NCBI RefSeq assembly: GCF_036321535.1
Contig: NC_087459.1
Location: forward strand, 25,544,001-25,608,000
From: Camelus dromedarius
Lineage: Eukaryota
DNA: 64,000 nucleotides
Direction: 5' to 3'
The position numbers and the translations under genes were made by a program. Positions 46,040-58,783 of this stretch are shown here, in pieces; the stretch's first letter is position 1; each line of letters opens with the position of its first letter. Below the pieces are notes generated by a model. That model was not told where the DNA came from and searched no databases. It worked only from the letters and a program-made list of their open reading frames with translations.

Positions 46040-47284
46040 TGCACCAACAATGGATTATCTATAATTAAAATTATATTGTGTGCTCAGATTCACAACTCAT
46101 AGTTTAGGTAAGCAGCCTAGAGGCAGCAAGAAGAAGAACCTGCTTGGTACTAAACGCAAGTTGTAGATAATCTCCCGTGAATGATTATGAGTTGATTGTA
46201 TTTTTTACCCTTACTTATCTCTGTCGTATTCTGTATTTACATTCTGCCAGGACATCCAAATTGAAGTGGGAATACTTAATCTGCTGCTACTTATTCTGTA
46301 TGGAGCAAAATACTAATTTGTGGAGTCTTAGAGCTGGGGGATAGTCAAGAGCAGACTCCTTTTGGGAAAAGTTCATGTTTGGAGAGCAAATTATTGGCAT
46401 TCGGGGATAGAGGAAATAAATGGTTGACCTGATGTTTTCCTTTTCATTCCAGCTACTTGGCAGAAAATAGAGAGTACCTTCATTTTCTTGCCTGTGAGGG
46501 GCATCTGGCAAAAAAAAAAAAAACCCAAAAAAACGGGGTGTTTGGTACATCCACTAACCTATTAATGTGAAATACTATGAAACCTTATAATGAATTACAT
46601 TTCACACAATGTCACATTTACTATGAAGTAAGTCCCATTTGAATTTGAATTCCATACAGAAAGATTTGGTTACAGAATTTTCCTGAAATCCTCATTATAA
46701 CATGCTCTCACCTACAAGGTATTACCAAAATCCTGAATTCAGGAGACAATGAAAAAGAGGTAGTATTGCATCAAATGAGATTCAAAGGATTTACAGTATG
46801 ATATATATCAATGACCAAAGGGCAATTTTGCAAATACATTATATGTATTATCTGGAGCCCTTTCCCCCACCCGGAGGTGTGACTAGCCTCACTCAACCTT
46901 TAGCACATCCGAGCTCTTGACAAAGTTTATAATTGAGCTCTTGCTGTTGAGACGTATTTGAGAAATAGCTCGCTTCCGGGTTTCCATGGAGACCACTTCC
47001 CAACTTGTGGCTGAAGGTAACCTCTGTGGACCATGGCTGGGGGTGGTTATCAAGCTGTCACTGGCAATTTTCCCCCTCATTTACTAGAAGCAACATTCCA
47101 GGAAGGAAATAACGGGATGACATGGTGAGAGCACACTTCCACTTTGAGGCTGCAATATGGAGAAGACTTCTGTTGGCGGCAAGCTCCTGGTCCCTGGGGA
47201 GTATGACCAACCCATAATCTGAGCAGCAGAGAGAGCAGGGGAAATAGCTCGGGACTTGTGGTCAGACTGAATGAGGGCTCTGGC

Positions 47285-47470
47285 CCTGTGGTGCCAGCTC
47301 CGCGACCTCGGGCACTTCAGTTCAGCAATAGGGAGTATCAGTTCCTGGCTTTCGAATGCAGATAATGCTTTTTGCCCTCCTTATTGCAAAAGACTCTTGG
47401 AACAATCAAATGAGGTGATAGAGTTAAATGTCCTTTGTAAACTGCGAAGTGCTGTCCGTGTCTGGGGCTT
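47285..47470 (+). mobile_element. MIR fragment
   Basis: CAGCTCCGCGACCTCGGGCAC..AATCAAATGAGGTGATAGAGTTAAATGTCCTTTGTAAACTGCGAAGTGCTGT. Confidence 0.55.
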
Positions 47471-48064
47471 TTTGTCCTTGCTTCTGACTTTTGAGCTTCT
47501 GCATTTCAGAGACTGCTGGATCATTTGGATTGCAGCACCCAGTATTATTTTAGTTCCTGCAAATAAAGTCTCACTACGTGTATCAAAACGAAGCTGACTA
47601 ATAGTGTGTGCTAGATTTAAGAGCAGCTAGGAGTAAATGAGAGTAACTCATGGTGTTTTCCAGATCCGAATTCATAGATGCCCACATGGAGTCTATTAAT
47701 TGTATGAACAGCTGTTAAAGGAATGAACTTGCCTAAAGTTGCTTCCCTTCACATAGAGAAATTGCTACAGTATTTTAAACTGTGCAAAGGACAAACCTAA
47801 TTTATATATGTTTTCTGAAAACACAGGCACTACATATATTTTAAGTGCACCAGAAATTTGGCAAGTGATTGTAAGAGAAACAGTCTTACAACTGAATGAG
47901 GTCTTTTTTTTAAAAAGAGGCTTTGTACTTTTAATAGCTTTCGATTTTCAGACTGTCTGGGCTGAGTGAACAGGTGAAACTGGATACTAGACATTTGCAG
48001 CTGATGTTTTATTCAGTCATCTCACGCCATCCCCAATTCCCTTTCTATTGCTAAGGAAATGAGA

Positions 48065-48140
48065 TCTCTTAGTGTTTCACTTAAAACTGGCGTATTCAAT
48101 AGCTACATGTGACTAGCAGCTACCATACTGAACAGCTCAG
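48065..48140. mobile_element. MER3/MER33-type hAT-Charlie terminal fragment
   Basis: TTCAATAGCTACATGTGACTAGCAGCTACCATACTGAACAGCTCAG matches the MER3/MER33 end (ctcaatagccacatgtggctagtggctaccgtattggacagcgcag). Confidence 0.6.
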
Positions 48141-49148
48141 GTACAGCACTTCTCCATCATTGCTGTCTATTGTGCAATGCTATCACGGATATTTGTGAGC
48201 CTTTGAAATGGTGTTAAGTGGGGAAATGCTATATTATTGTTTGCATTTTAGAAGAGTAACTTGGGCAGGAAAATAATTTGGGGAGGAATAAGAAAAATTA
48301 GCTTGCTAATCTACACAAGATTACACGAAACTACAAAGGCAGGGATCACGGGACAAAGGCGGCAGATTTGAGACATGTAGAGCTGGAGCAAGCTAAGCTT
48401 TATCACTGCGTTGATCAGTTATGACTAAACTGATCAGGGCTATCAATCAAAGTGGTCATTGACTGCACAGGTGTGTGTGTATCAAGAAGGACTTGGCTGA
48501 TTTTGTTTGTATACGGAATAGTGGACTAGGGGATTGCTGGAGAGAATAGGATGGGAAGAATCAACCAAACAGGTTCCACGGCCCCATGTAGACCATGAAG
48601 TGGACTGCCTGAAATTTTCACTTTCAAGCAGTATCTTTTTCATTTCTGAAACCACAGGTATATTTACCTTCACATCAAATAACTAAATCGTCTTTATAAA
48701 TCTTTGAGAGGCACATATAGAAAATGAAGTTCTCTTGAAATTCTTGCAAGGAAGGATGATTGAGCAGTTTCAGTGTTCTGGTCTTTCAGCAATGTCTTTG
48801 CCAGCCAATAATTCCAAGTCTGACATCTTCCCGCTATGACTTCTGATTGACCAGATCAGTTCTGGCCAGTTGATGAGTGGCCCAAGTAGCCAAGGGGATA
48901 GTGGAGGTTTCTGTCAATTGCACCATTTGTTGACAGGTGGAAGCTAAGTTATTCAATTGAAAACTATAGTCAGAAGAAGGGGGACATACTTAAGAGCCTA
49001 AATGACTAAAACTGGAGAAAGAGTAGCTTCAGTATTTTGCTTTCTGGCAAAATTATAAAGTTAGGACGTTAAGTTCCCTAAGGAATCAGCCCTGACTCTT
49101 TTCCTCTCAAAATTCTTCTCTTAATTCTTTCTTCCTGTCCACTGGGGG

Positions 49149-49150
<2 letters not shown>

Positions 49151-49185
<35 letters not shown>
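49151..49185. repeat. (AC)17 microsatellite inside the LTR terminus
   Basis: Directly visible. Confidence 0.97.
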
Positions 49186-49186
<1 letters not shown>

Positions 49187-49316
49187 CCTAAAAGTTGAGA
49201 ATTACGTTTTATTGGGCTGACTTATTGAGGATTTAAGTCCAGAATACAGCCTCCCAGATAATTCTAAGGGACTATTCTGAAGAGTCAGGGAAGAGCCAAG
49301 ATAAATGGGAGTTTTT

Positions 49317-49318
<2 letters not shown>

Positions 49319-49358
<40 letters not shown>
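49319..49358. repeat. A40 homopolymer inside the LTR
   Basis: Directly visible. Confidence 0.97.
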
Positions 49359-49362
<4 letters not shown>

Positions 49363-49674
49363 AGGTAGTGGAAACATCAAAAGGTTACTATTAATTAAAG
49401 AAAACCAGACACCTCAAGCTAATGAATTTAGCACTTTGCTGTACATGGGAAGATGCAAGAGTCTGGGCCTATTGAAATCATTCCTTTGACATGCATCTTA
49501 ACTACCTAGGGCCAGTATCTTGTTTTTCTGTAACCTGAATCCCCTCAGGGTGCACCGCTGGGGGTGGCTGCAGTGGCTGATGGCTTGATGGCCTTACATC
49601 CTTTGTTTACTGATATAGCAGGTGACATCCTTTGTCCATACTCCCCTAAGACCCCTGGTATCAGTCTACACTAC

Positions 49675-49845
49675 TGCTACTGACGATCATGCTGTCATTT
49701 ATTGAGCACATATTATGTGCCAGCCCTGTGTTAAATTATTCTGAGTGCTGTCTCTCCACAGTACGTCAGCTGTGAGTGGCTGAGTCAGTTCTGAAACCAA
49801 GTCCTGTCTGATTCCAAAACTCTGTCTTTAACCGTCCATGCTGCC
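49675..49845 (-). mobile_element. MIR (internally deleted)
   Basis: CATTTATTGAGCACATATTATGTGCCAGCCCTGTGTTAAA..GTGAGTGGCTGAGTCAGTTCTGAAACCAAGTCCTGTCTGATTCCAAAAC. Confidence 0.6.
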
Positions 49846-50876
49846 CCTCCTCTGGAGAACGCTCAGGGGCTCCTTGTGTCCTTCATTAAGGAAGTGCTCG
49901 CAGAGCCTGGTACTTGGCTGTCATTTCCACAGCCATAGGAATATTTCTTTTTTTTTTTTTTTCTCCCCTTAAATGAGTTCTGCAAGAAAGCAGAAAAACC
50001 ACCCCGCAGTGATGAAGAGAAGAGATGGTAATTTGGCTCCTGTGACTCCTTCTCTTCCTTCCTGCAGGATTAAGTGGATTCAGTGTAACAAAACCAATCT
50101 GGGAAAGTGGTCAAAGGAATTAGCTAAAATATGTGGATCCAGAATGAGGCATCGTGTCCAGTCAGGGGCACTTGGGGTCAGCGAGGAGGGTGAAAACATG
50201 CAAAATCAACAGGATTGTTTGGTCAGGTCAGGAAGATTTCAGGTCGGGAAGATATCTCTCAACCATGTCATCCTCAGCGGGGATCATTCAAGACAATGGC
50301 CAAAGACGGGGGGAAATCCCTCGAGAAGGATTACGAGTAGCTTCTCTAAACCCGTGAAAAGCATGCAAGACTCACTAAACAACATGCCACGTCATGCCTT
50401 CCAAAGCGGTTGGAATTTTTTCAGAAAAAAAATTTAAAGTTTGATAGAGGTATGCTGAAATGGGTATTTACATACAATTTGGATAGGTCAGTAAATCTGA
50501 ACGATCCACTAAGAAATCAATTTAGCAATGTTTGCAAAGGTTAAAGACGATTCTTCTTCACCCTTAATTCTACCTCCAAAAATTACGCCTTAAACGATGT
50601 ATTCAAATACATAGAGAGAAAGCCAGATGAACATCAGGAGAGAAGTACATTCTGGAGTGTTCATAAAATTGATTTTTTCTTTGCACTCCATAAACACTGA
50701 TTCCACCAATATAAAAACTGGGCATTAATAGAGATCATGAAGGGACACAAGAACATTGCCATTTGTGGATGATGCTGGATGTTGGGATTGTACATGGTTT
50801 ATTCATCTTTTCTTTTCCAGGATTCCCAAGTTTTTGGCGAGAAGACTGTAATTAATGTTAGTATATGCTAGAGAGG

Positions 50877-51130
50877 TAGTTTGATTGTAGTAAAAAGAGC
50901 ATGGAGCTTTAGAGTCAGACTTCCTGGGTTCAGACACCAGTTCAGACTTGCTAACCCTGTGACTTTGCGCAGTTTGCTTAACCTCTTTGTGCATCCGTTT
51001 TCTCATCTATAAAATGGGGTGATGGTCATACCTCTCTCAGGGAGGGTGAATGAGTCAATGCGCACAACGCATGCTCTGAACGCTGTCTGGCGCTCAGTAG
51101 AATTACACAGCCTGAGCCACTGTTATTCTC
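50877..51130 (+). mobile_element. MIR, near full length
   Basis: AAAAGAGCATGGAGCTTTAGAGTCAGACTTCCTGGGTTC..GTGACTTTGCGCAGTTTGCTTAACCTCTTTGTGCATCCGTTTTCTCATCTATAAAATGGGGTGATGG. Confidence 0.85.
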
Positions 51131-52619
51131 ATCAATGCTGTGACTGAGGAAGGAAGATCTGAGTTGCCATCAAAGCTGGGTTATGTCTTAGCTGTGGGAC
51201 ATGCAGCAAGCTGTCATTCCTTGCAGAACCTCAAGTTTTTTCATTTATAAAATGAGTATAGCAATGCCAAGCTTGTAGTTTTTTTTAATGAATACTAATG
51301 GTTATGTATAATATTAAGTATACATAGTCTTTGTATATAGCATAATATGTAATTGGGCTATGTGCAAAGATTATTAGATGTATAACCTATATGTAAGGTA
51401 CATATACATATTATATATTATATATGTAACACACATACATGGTCTAAGCAAAGTACATAGATTATATACATGTACAAGGTAAATAAACGACATCTGTTAC
51501 TAAATTTAAAAGCAGAAAAATATGTTGTAAACCTGAGAAGCCACATATGTAAAGAACATTTTTTGGGGGGGTCATTATTACATGGTAATATCTTATTTGT
51601 GTTCTGTAGTATTTCCTGATGAAAAGACTTCTTAATGTAATTCTGTGCTTAGAGTACTTACTTAGTACACTGTGTGAGCTAAAGAAACACAGCCATTTCA
51701 ATATCATATTGAATATCCCCAAGTGTCCAACATGCAGGTCACATGTGGAATAATCACAAAAGCCATAACTTTAGTCCTTGGAGGCAGCAGGAGGCAGCTT
51801 GGAGATGGTGCCTTTTAAGATGTTGCCTTGATCGTAAGCAAACATCTGAGAGACTCATTCCTCTCAGGGTATTTACAGCTTAAAGAGGGGTGTTTCAGAG
51901 TTATAAGCAGAGGTGCTGAGGAGGGTGTGTCCAGGGGGAATGGAAGGTTTGTGTGCGGTACGAATTGTCCCCCCGAATAAGAGCGCTCCGTCCTCAGATG
52001 AAAACTATTGATTTCCAATCTACTCCCTAAATGACTTTATCATTAGGCTACAGTAGGTAATTTGCTTTGATTTTGACTTTTGGACTTGGGCCTGAGATTC
52101 CATTGTCAGGCTGTATCATTAAGTGTTGTTTAATTAGTTTTAACAAAAAGAAAGAATTGCTGTAAACCGGGGCATTTATTCAGGGTTCTAGGATTACCTT
52201 GCCTCTCCTGACCTCTACCATGCTCCAGCTCTTTTCAGGAATGTGTTAAAAAACCTAACATTTGATTCTTACTGGTGCATCAGGAAAATCATTAACACAC
52301 AACTGTAATTGGTTTATGGAAAAACCACCTAGGCTCCTCCTGATAATTAACACTTTATTACACTCTGAAAAGTTGTCCTATCTCAGCCTCTGCTCTTGCC
52401 CCCCAAATTGGTAGAGATTTGTAGCATAACATAGACAAAGGATGAATCTCCTAAAGACACAGTGAGCCTTTCCAAATCAACAAGAACAAAAAAATCAGTA
52501 AACTATCTGTGTTGGAAAGAGCAGAAACCTTATCTATTCTGATAACCACTACACTCCTGGTGCCCAGAGACCAGGGCCGGCACGTAGCAAGCGTTCAAAT
52601 AACTCTAAAGAAAAAATGA

Positions 52620-52915
52620 GCAGACAACATGAAAAAGACAAAGGACATATAAACATACTTAATCTCGCTAATAGATGAAGAAATGCAAATTAAAATAAAA
52701 TACAACATATATATATAGAAAAAAGTGAAAAGGTTTGGTAACAACCTACGTTGATGGAGATTTGAAGAAAACAGGCATTCTCAAACATTGTCTCACTAAT
52801 TTCAAGCGTTAATAATAGGGAGAAATGAAGACATGGTATATGGGAGCGCTCTGTACTGTCTTCTCTGTTTCTGTAAATATAAAACCATTCTCAGATAAAA
52901 TTTTTAAAAAATTCT
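52620..52915 (+). mobile_element. Old L1 (L1MC/ME) fragments
   Basis: TAATCTCGCTAATAGATGAAGAAATGCAAATTAAAATA..AACAGGCATTCTCAAACATTG, then the terminal GGTATATGGGAGCGCTCTGTACTGTCTTCTCTGTTTCTGTAAATATAAAACCATTCT. Confidence 0.6.
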
Positions 52916-55590
52916 TCAAAAATATTGTGCTAGCTCAAATCCCACGTGATCTGTGAGAAATCCAGCCCCTTCAAGCTGCTCACAGAATGTCCTGGGACAT
53001 CACAAGAGGCACCTCTGGTGTCCCTTTATCCACTATGCGGGCCCCTGGGGTCCCTCCCTTCCCATAGCGTTTCCCACTGTTGCCTTTGGCAATGTCTCCA
53101 GCTGAGATATTTTTCCCAAATAGCAATTCTTCTGCCAATGTTTGCTGAAGACACTGCCACTGTTGCCCACCAGAGGAGTGACCTCTAGTGACACCTTACT
53201 CTTCTCATCAGAGCTACGAAAGCTCTTTTATAAACCCCATGGCCTCAGTAAGAACCACAGGGGCTGGGCTGGACTCCAGGAGCAGAGGCTTGCTCAGAAT
53301 CTCAGCCTTCCTCTCCAGCACAGGCTCACTAACCTTGAACCAAAGCTGCAGTTTCTCATTCTTTTCCCTTTAAGTCCTTTCTGCAGAAACACTGTGACCC
53401 ATCTTGTGGACAGATCTACCTCTCCTGATCTCAGAGGGAGGCAATATAATAGGTTTCTGGGGTGAACTCAGTTTAGGAAGTGGACTCCAGGTCTGGGAGA
53501 TTTGAAAGCAATGCATGAATTGACAGATGTAAAAGTTCTTAGCATAAATCCTAGTGCATTATGCTCAGAAATCCCTGGGTACCAGCACCCAGTATGCATT
53601 CATGTTAGTGCCATGAGTTTTCACAATAAAGTGGGAGTGGGAACAATTAGTATCTAAAGACTTAAGCCAGAGTCTTCTTTAAGAAAGGAGGGTATATCTG
53701 CTTAGGAAAATACCTTTATGAACCACTCAGTATAGAAAGCAAGACCCTGGGGAGGTCGGAAGGAAACTATGCTACAAGAGAAACAGATAAACTGTTATGC
53801 AATGAAATGAATAGAAATTAGGGGGAGAACAGAGAAGGGAGAGAGAAGAGAAAGAGGGTCTGGCTTGGTGCAAGTCCAATGGATTCCAACAGCAAGGATG
53901 CAGAATAGCCTATTTAAATAATTTGTAGTTGAATACCAAACAAAGCTGGCCTTTTTTCAAGTGGGGAGGGTTTGAAGGAAGTCAAGAAGAAGGGATAATC
54001 TCTCCTGTCTGTCTGGTGGGAAGCAACATCACAAAGTATCACACCAACAGTAAACACCGAAGCTTAGAGCCCGGGTGACCAGAGAACGTAGGTCCACCCA
54101 GAATCTTCAGACGTCTGTGGGAGAGACAATGAGCTATCCGCTATTTATAGAATAGGATGGCAAACCATTCTTACAACCTAGAGATTAAGGGGAAGGATGA
54201 TTCCAGCTGACATCTGTGTTACAACAGCATCGCTTTGAGACTGAACTTCAGAGAATTTCAGTGAATTGCTTATGCTCACATGGCTGGATCATGTTGGAAC
54301 TGGGACTAGAATGTGTTCTTCTGAGTCACCTCTAAGGAGTAAGGAGCTCCGCTTGGTCTTGCAGTGAAATGATCTACTGCTCTCCCTGCTCCAAAACCAA
54401 CTAAGGTCACCTGTGGTCAAGCTTGTTATCAGAGAGGACCGCTTGCAAACTTCAGCATGAAGTGCTCACATGTCCCACGAGAGAAGAACGCAATAAATAG
54501 GCAGTGGTTGGGGCTATTTTGTGTAGTTGGGGCAATATTTTCAGAACTCTGAAAATATTCTAAAATATCCTAAAGGGAACAGAAGGGGCTATTTGGTGGA
54601 AGAAACTTGACCTTCATTTTCCAATAAGTGTCTGAAAGCGTCACTTGGAAACCTCCAAGATGAGCTTTTGTCTTGACTGAAGAGCCAGTAAACTTGCTCC
54701 ATCTTGTGCCCTTTTAATGAATCATTTCTGACTGTCAGGCACCGCATGTTCCTTTCAAGACATCAAGAAATAAGAGCCGACATGGAGAGCGCCTGGAAAG
54801 CTATCCGGAGCAAGGCACACATCTTTAGCTGTTGTCTTAATGTCATTCCCACATACTTGCTTCCGTGGCTTTGCCTTGGTTTCTTTGTTCCTGACCGGGA
54901 GTTCATGCTCAGGATTATTCCTGCAAGAACTGGCTCCTGCCCGGACGGTCGCATCTTGGTTCCATTTTCTCAGCTGTGTTTGCAGACTCTTACGACTTAG
55001 GATTTGGCTGCCTTGCCAGACCATGCCTCTGGGTCCTCAGCTGAACCTCCCTCCCACTTACTGATTTTTAGAATTAAATGCTTTAAATTTCTGGTTTCCA
55101 TCTGACTTTCAGCCCCTTAGCATACCCGTCTCCCAAATAACAATCATTATAGTATTGAGCATTAATTGACCGTTACCATATACCATCAAAAGCTCAAAAC
55201 TCAACTGCCTGAATAACCCCCAAGCTGGGGAGTTTGGGAAGATGTGATTATTATGGAGAGCCATGTGCTGGTGTTAGGAAGTTGTTCCCAGAAGATTAAC
55301 AACAGCGCAGATACCCCCTGGTTTCACAGAAGAAGTAGGAAAAAAAGAGGAGGAAAAGGAAGTAGAGTGGGAAATCTGGGGTGAATCTGATCCATGTTCT
55401 TGCATAGCTGTTTGAATAATGCTAGGGAAATGAAACACTAAATATCAGTGGAAGTTACAGTTGGGAAAGTGGGAGACCAGGAGGGGAAATGTAAATATAA
55501 GGAGAACCCACAGCTCAGGAGTAAGGATGGGAACAGGCTGGAGGCAGAGTATGAGGATCTTTTAGGAACAAATGTGCAAGCTGAGCTCAC

Positions 55591-55945
55591 TTTTTTTTTA
55601 ATTTATTTTTTATTGAAGTATAGTCAGTTTACAATGTGTTAATTTCTGGTGTACAGTGTGATAATTCAGTTATACATATATATAAATTTCTTTTCATATT
55701 CTTTTTCATTACAGGCCATTAAAGATATTGAATGTAGTTCCCTATGCTATACAGTAGGACCCTGTTGTTTATCTGTTTTATATATAGTAGTTAGTATCTG
55801 CAAATTCCAAATTCCCTCCACCCACTCCTCCCCCCCCCGTAACTGCAAGTTTGTTTTCTATGTCTGTGAGTCTGTTTTTGTTTTGTAAATAAGTTCCTTT
55901 GTGTCACTTTGTTAGATTCCACATATAAGTGACATCACATGTAAG
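55591..55945 (-). mobile_element. Short 5'-truncated artiodactyl-type L1 3' end
   Basis: PolyT, then TTTTTATTGAAGTATAGTCAGTTTACAATGTGTTAATTTCTGGTGTACAG..GTTCCCTATGCTATACAGTAGGACCCTGTTGTTTATC..TAGATTCCACATATAAGTGACATCA. Confidence 0.9.
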
Positions 55946-56724
55946 TGACCATTCATTTTAAATTGTACCCTGTCTCCAGGAACCCTTTCCTAATTTACTT
56001 TTTTTTTTAACACGTGAAAACTTCATCAGAGCGAAAATTTTGTTTAGCTCCCTGCTCTGTTCCTTGTACCTGGAGCGGTGTTCAGCAAGTAGTAGGTGAC
56101 TAATAATACATATTGAAAGTCCTGCAAATGTTGGCAGAGGAACATTACAGTGGGAAAAAAAAAGTGCCCAGGACGGACCCAGAGATCCCATTTTACTGGT
56201 ATGGGAGTCCTCACCTAGGGATTGGGTCAGAGACTAGCCCATCTTTCCCAGCTAAAATCATATTTCAGTAGATACACTGTGAAAAATAACAGAAGTTCCC
56301 CCATTGCCTCCCCAGTATCAATCACAGAGAGATCTAAAAATGGAGTTGTTCCACCTTCCTTGAGCAATGCCCAGCCTGGGGGAAGATTTTAAAGGTTCTA
56401 GAAGTCACGCTACAGAGAAATGGTTGATTCAACTTCATGGGCTGCATTTGCTCAGTTGTCCTTTTTGGTGACAAACACACTTACAAGTGTGTCCCTGGTG
56501 ACCTCAGCCTGGAGAAAAGAATACTTTCAGTGACATGACGGGGTCTTCAAATCCTTGGTACAGGTTTGTTTTGTTTCATTTCCTTTGCTTCCAAGGGCAG
56601 CATCAATGGGTGAATGTGACAGGAAATGTTCTTCAAATAACTCCACTTGGCCATCTGAGAGTTAGATGAGCAGTTAGATGATCCTTGGAAGAGTTATTGT
56701 ATCTGGGAGGATAATGGGGTGGTC

Positions 56725-56940
56725 GTCAAGTAGTACAAGATGTGGGGGCTTTAGGGAAAGATTCGTATTTAAATCCTGGCTCCATCATTCAGTCACTGTG
56801 CCATTGTAAACAAATTACTTAATTCCCAATTCTCAGTTTCATTATCTGTAAAATTCAAAAAACAGTACTTGTGTTGCAGACATGAAGATGAGAGGTAATA
56901 AATGCAAAGTCCTTGGCACTTCATTCAATAAAGATGGTTG
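56725..56940 (+). mobile_element. MIR
   Basis: GTATTTAAATCCTGGCTCCATCATTCAGTCACTGTG..AAATTACTTAATTCCCAATTCTCAGTTTCATTATCTGTAAAAT. Confidence 0.65.
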
Positions 56941-57333
56941 TGATAGCAATTCTTCTTTCACTGCTTAGAAGGTTGGATGAGGTGGACTCCGAATCATCTT
57001 ACTGATGTAGCGATCCATACGTGTCTTAATATGTGCTGTGCTGCAGAAGGCGCAGGTGTGTAGGCTAAGGTTGGAGGACACCTAACTGTTCATGTGCTTA
57101 ATTTATTGTAGAGATTGCAATAGGTGGTTTCCTTTGAGGTCCACGTTAGTTTTAGTCCAACATGAGGGAAATTTCTGTTCTACCATAGACATGGTTAAAA
57201 GGTGGTTAGTTCTTTCTCCCTAACCAGGGATTGGGCGGAGCTCCTGGATTTGGGGTGGGGGGAACCACAGAATAGGAGATTTTACAAGATTTCTGAGATT
57301 CCTTTCCAGCTGCTTAGCACTCAACAGAGAATT

Positions 57334-57390
57334 TGTCTGTCTGTCCTCTGTCTGTCTGTCTGTCTATCTGTCCATCTATCCATCTATCTA
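57334..57390. repeat. Degenerate (TCTG)n/(TCTA)n tetranucleotide repeat
   Basis: TGTCTGTCTGTCCTCTGTCTGTCTGTCTGTCTATCTGTCCATCTATCCATCTATCTA. Confidence 0.9.
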
Positions 57391-58744
57391 CTTATGTTGC
57401 ATTTACATGAAAGCAAATTATGAGACTCCTCAGCCTAACTGGCAGTCCTGGATGGAAAATGGTCAACTCTTTTAGAAATCATTAAATACATCTTAAAGGA
57501 CGAGCATTTCGGTTCACATTCACATTAGTGAATACCTTTTTGGTTACATGATAATCATTTCAGAAAGCATATTTTTTACTTTGGATTTCAGTTGATTTAG
57601 TTATTTCATTTGCTTTTGTTTCCACTTATTTTAGAATTCCCACATTTTTTTTTTTTTTACGTAATATACTTTTTGTTCAATTGGGTGGTAAGCAAATTGG
57701 CCTGTTTAAATGTAGTTTTCTATATTTAATGATCAGTTCAGTTCAAATCCATGCTTTAAAAAAGTTGAAATTTTGCAATTAAGTAGTGAGATAATTGTTT
57801 GTTTGCATGTTTTTTTAATTTATATTTTGTCAGGCCCTTTGATATATAATTTTCTTTGATTAAAGTTTAACAAATGTGCCCTCATTTCAAGAATAATTAA
57901 ATACTAATCACTTATTTATTCATTTATCTACTATTAAAAAGCATATATTTTTTTCAAGAGGTTCATGTCCTCTATTCAACCAAAGCAGAGCCCCCAAGGT
58001 TTTTATCATAACCAATGCCACACTGATCACGTGGAAATGCCCCAGTCTGCTGTTGCCAAAAGGATGCTTTAACAGTGATGAGCAGAAATGTCAGGGCATT
58101 TTATATCTGTGCCCAAGACTGGTCCATTTATAGCTTGGACTGCTAGGAGGGTATTATTCTTTCTGCCAAAAGGGGTTTGAAATGTCTATTCCTTATTTTC
58201 ACAGACAAGGGAGAAAATGTAGACTCTGTCCAAGATATAGATCTGGTGATGAGGTTAAAGAGACACCTGAAAAATCACATAGCTATTTTTGCCAGGATGT
58301 AAAATTCTGCCAGCATTTTGCAGAGCACTTTGGAGAAGATAAAGCTTCCACAGAATCTAAGAGTGATGGGTTCATGGATGCTGATGGCATTAAGATACAC
58401 TCATTGACAAATAAATAATTAAACAGTGGGAGGCCTGTGCGCGGACCAAAGATGAGTGTGATGTGAATCAAGGGTTAGGAATAATCCATTCTATGCACCT
58501 GAGCTCTCTTCGACACAAAACAAGGCAAACACTTCAGTGGCTGCAGACCACAAGTTGAGCCTGAAGACTAGCTAGGACCTTCTGAGATGCGCTGACAGGT
58601 TCTGAAGCTGATGCACAGTGTGGGTGAGTAGCCCATTGGACACGTGAGGTCCTCTAGAACCAGAGAGCTCTGAACAAGGATTAGACCTTTAGCCATACTA
58701 CTTAAGTCTCATGGTTAGTTGTCACAGATGATAAACTGAAGCTC

Positions 58745-58783
58745 TGTGGTTCTTTCTTTGTGGTTCTTTCCTTGTGGTTCTTT
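58745..58783. repeat. 14-bp-period tandem repeat, 3 copies of TGTGGTTCTTT
   Basis: TGTGGTT starts at 58745, 58759 and 58773. Confidence 0.9.

Larger units (their letters stand above)
49136..49640 (-). mobile_element. ERV1-class solo LTR (artiodactyl family), apparently full length
   Basis: The minus strand runs from TATGGACAAAGGATGTCACCTGCTATATCAGTAAACAAAGGATG to ..CAATAAAACGTAATTCTCAACTTTTAGGTTG(TG)n..CAGTGGACA, with a polyA signal and terminal CA. The 4-bp flanks are TTCC and CTCC. Confidence 0.8.

Noticed and set aside
49973-50437. 154-aa ATG-initiated ORF on the plus strand
   Set aside because: No recognisable domain or homology, and the length is within background for this window.
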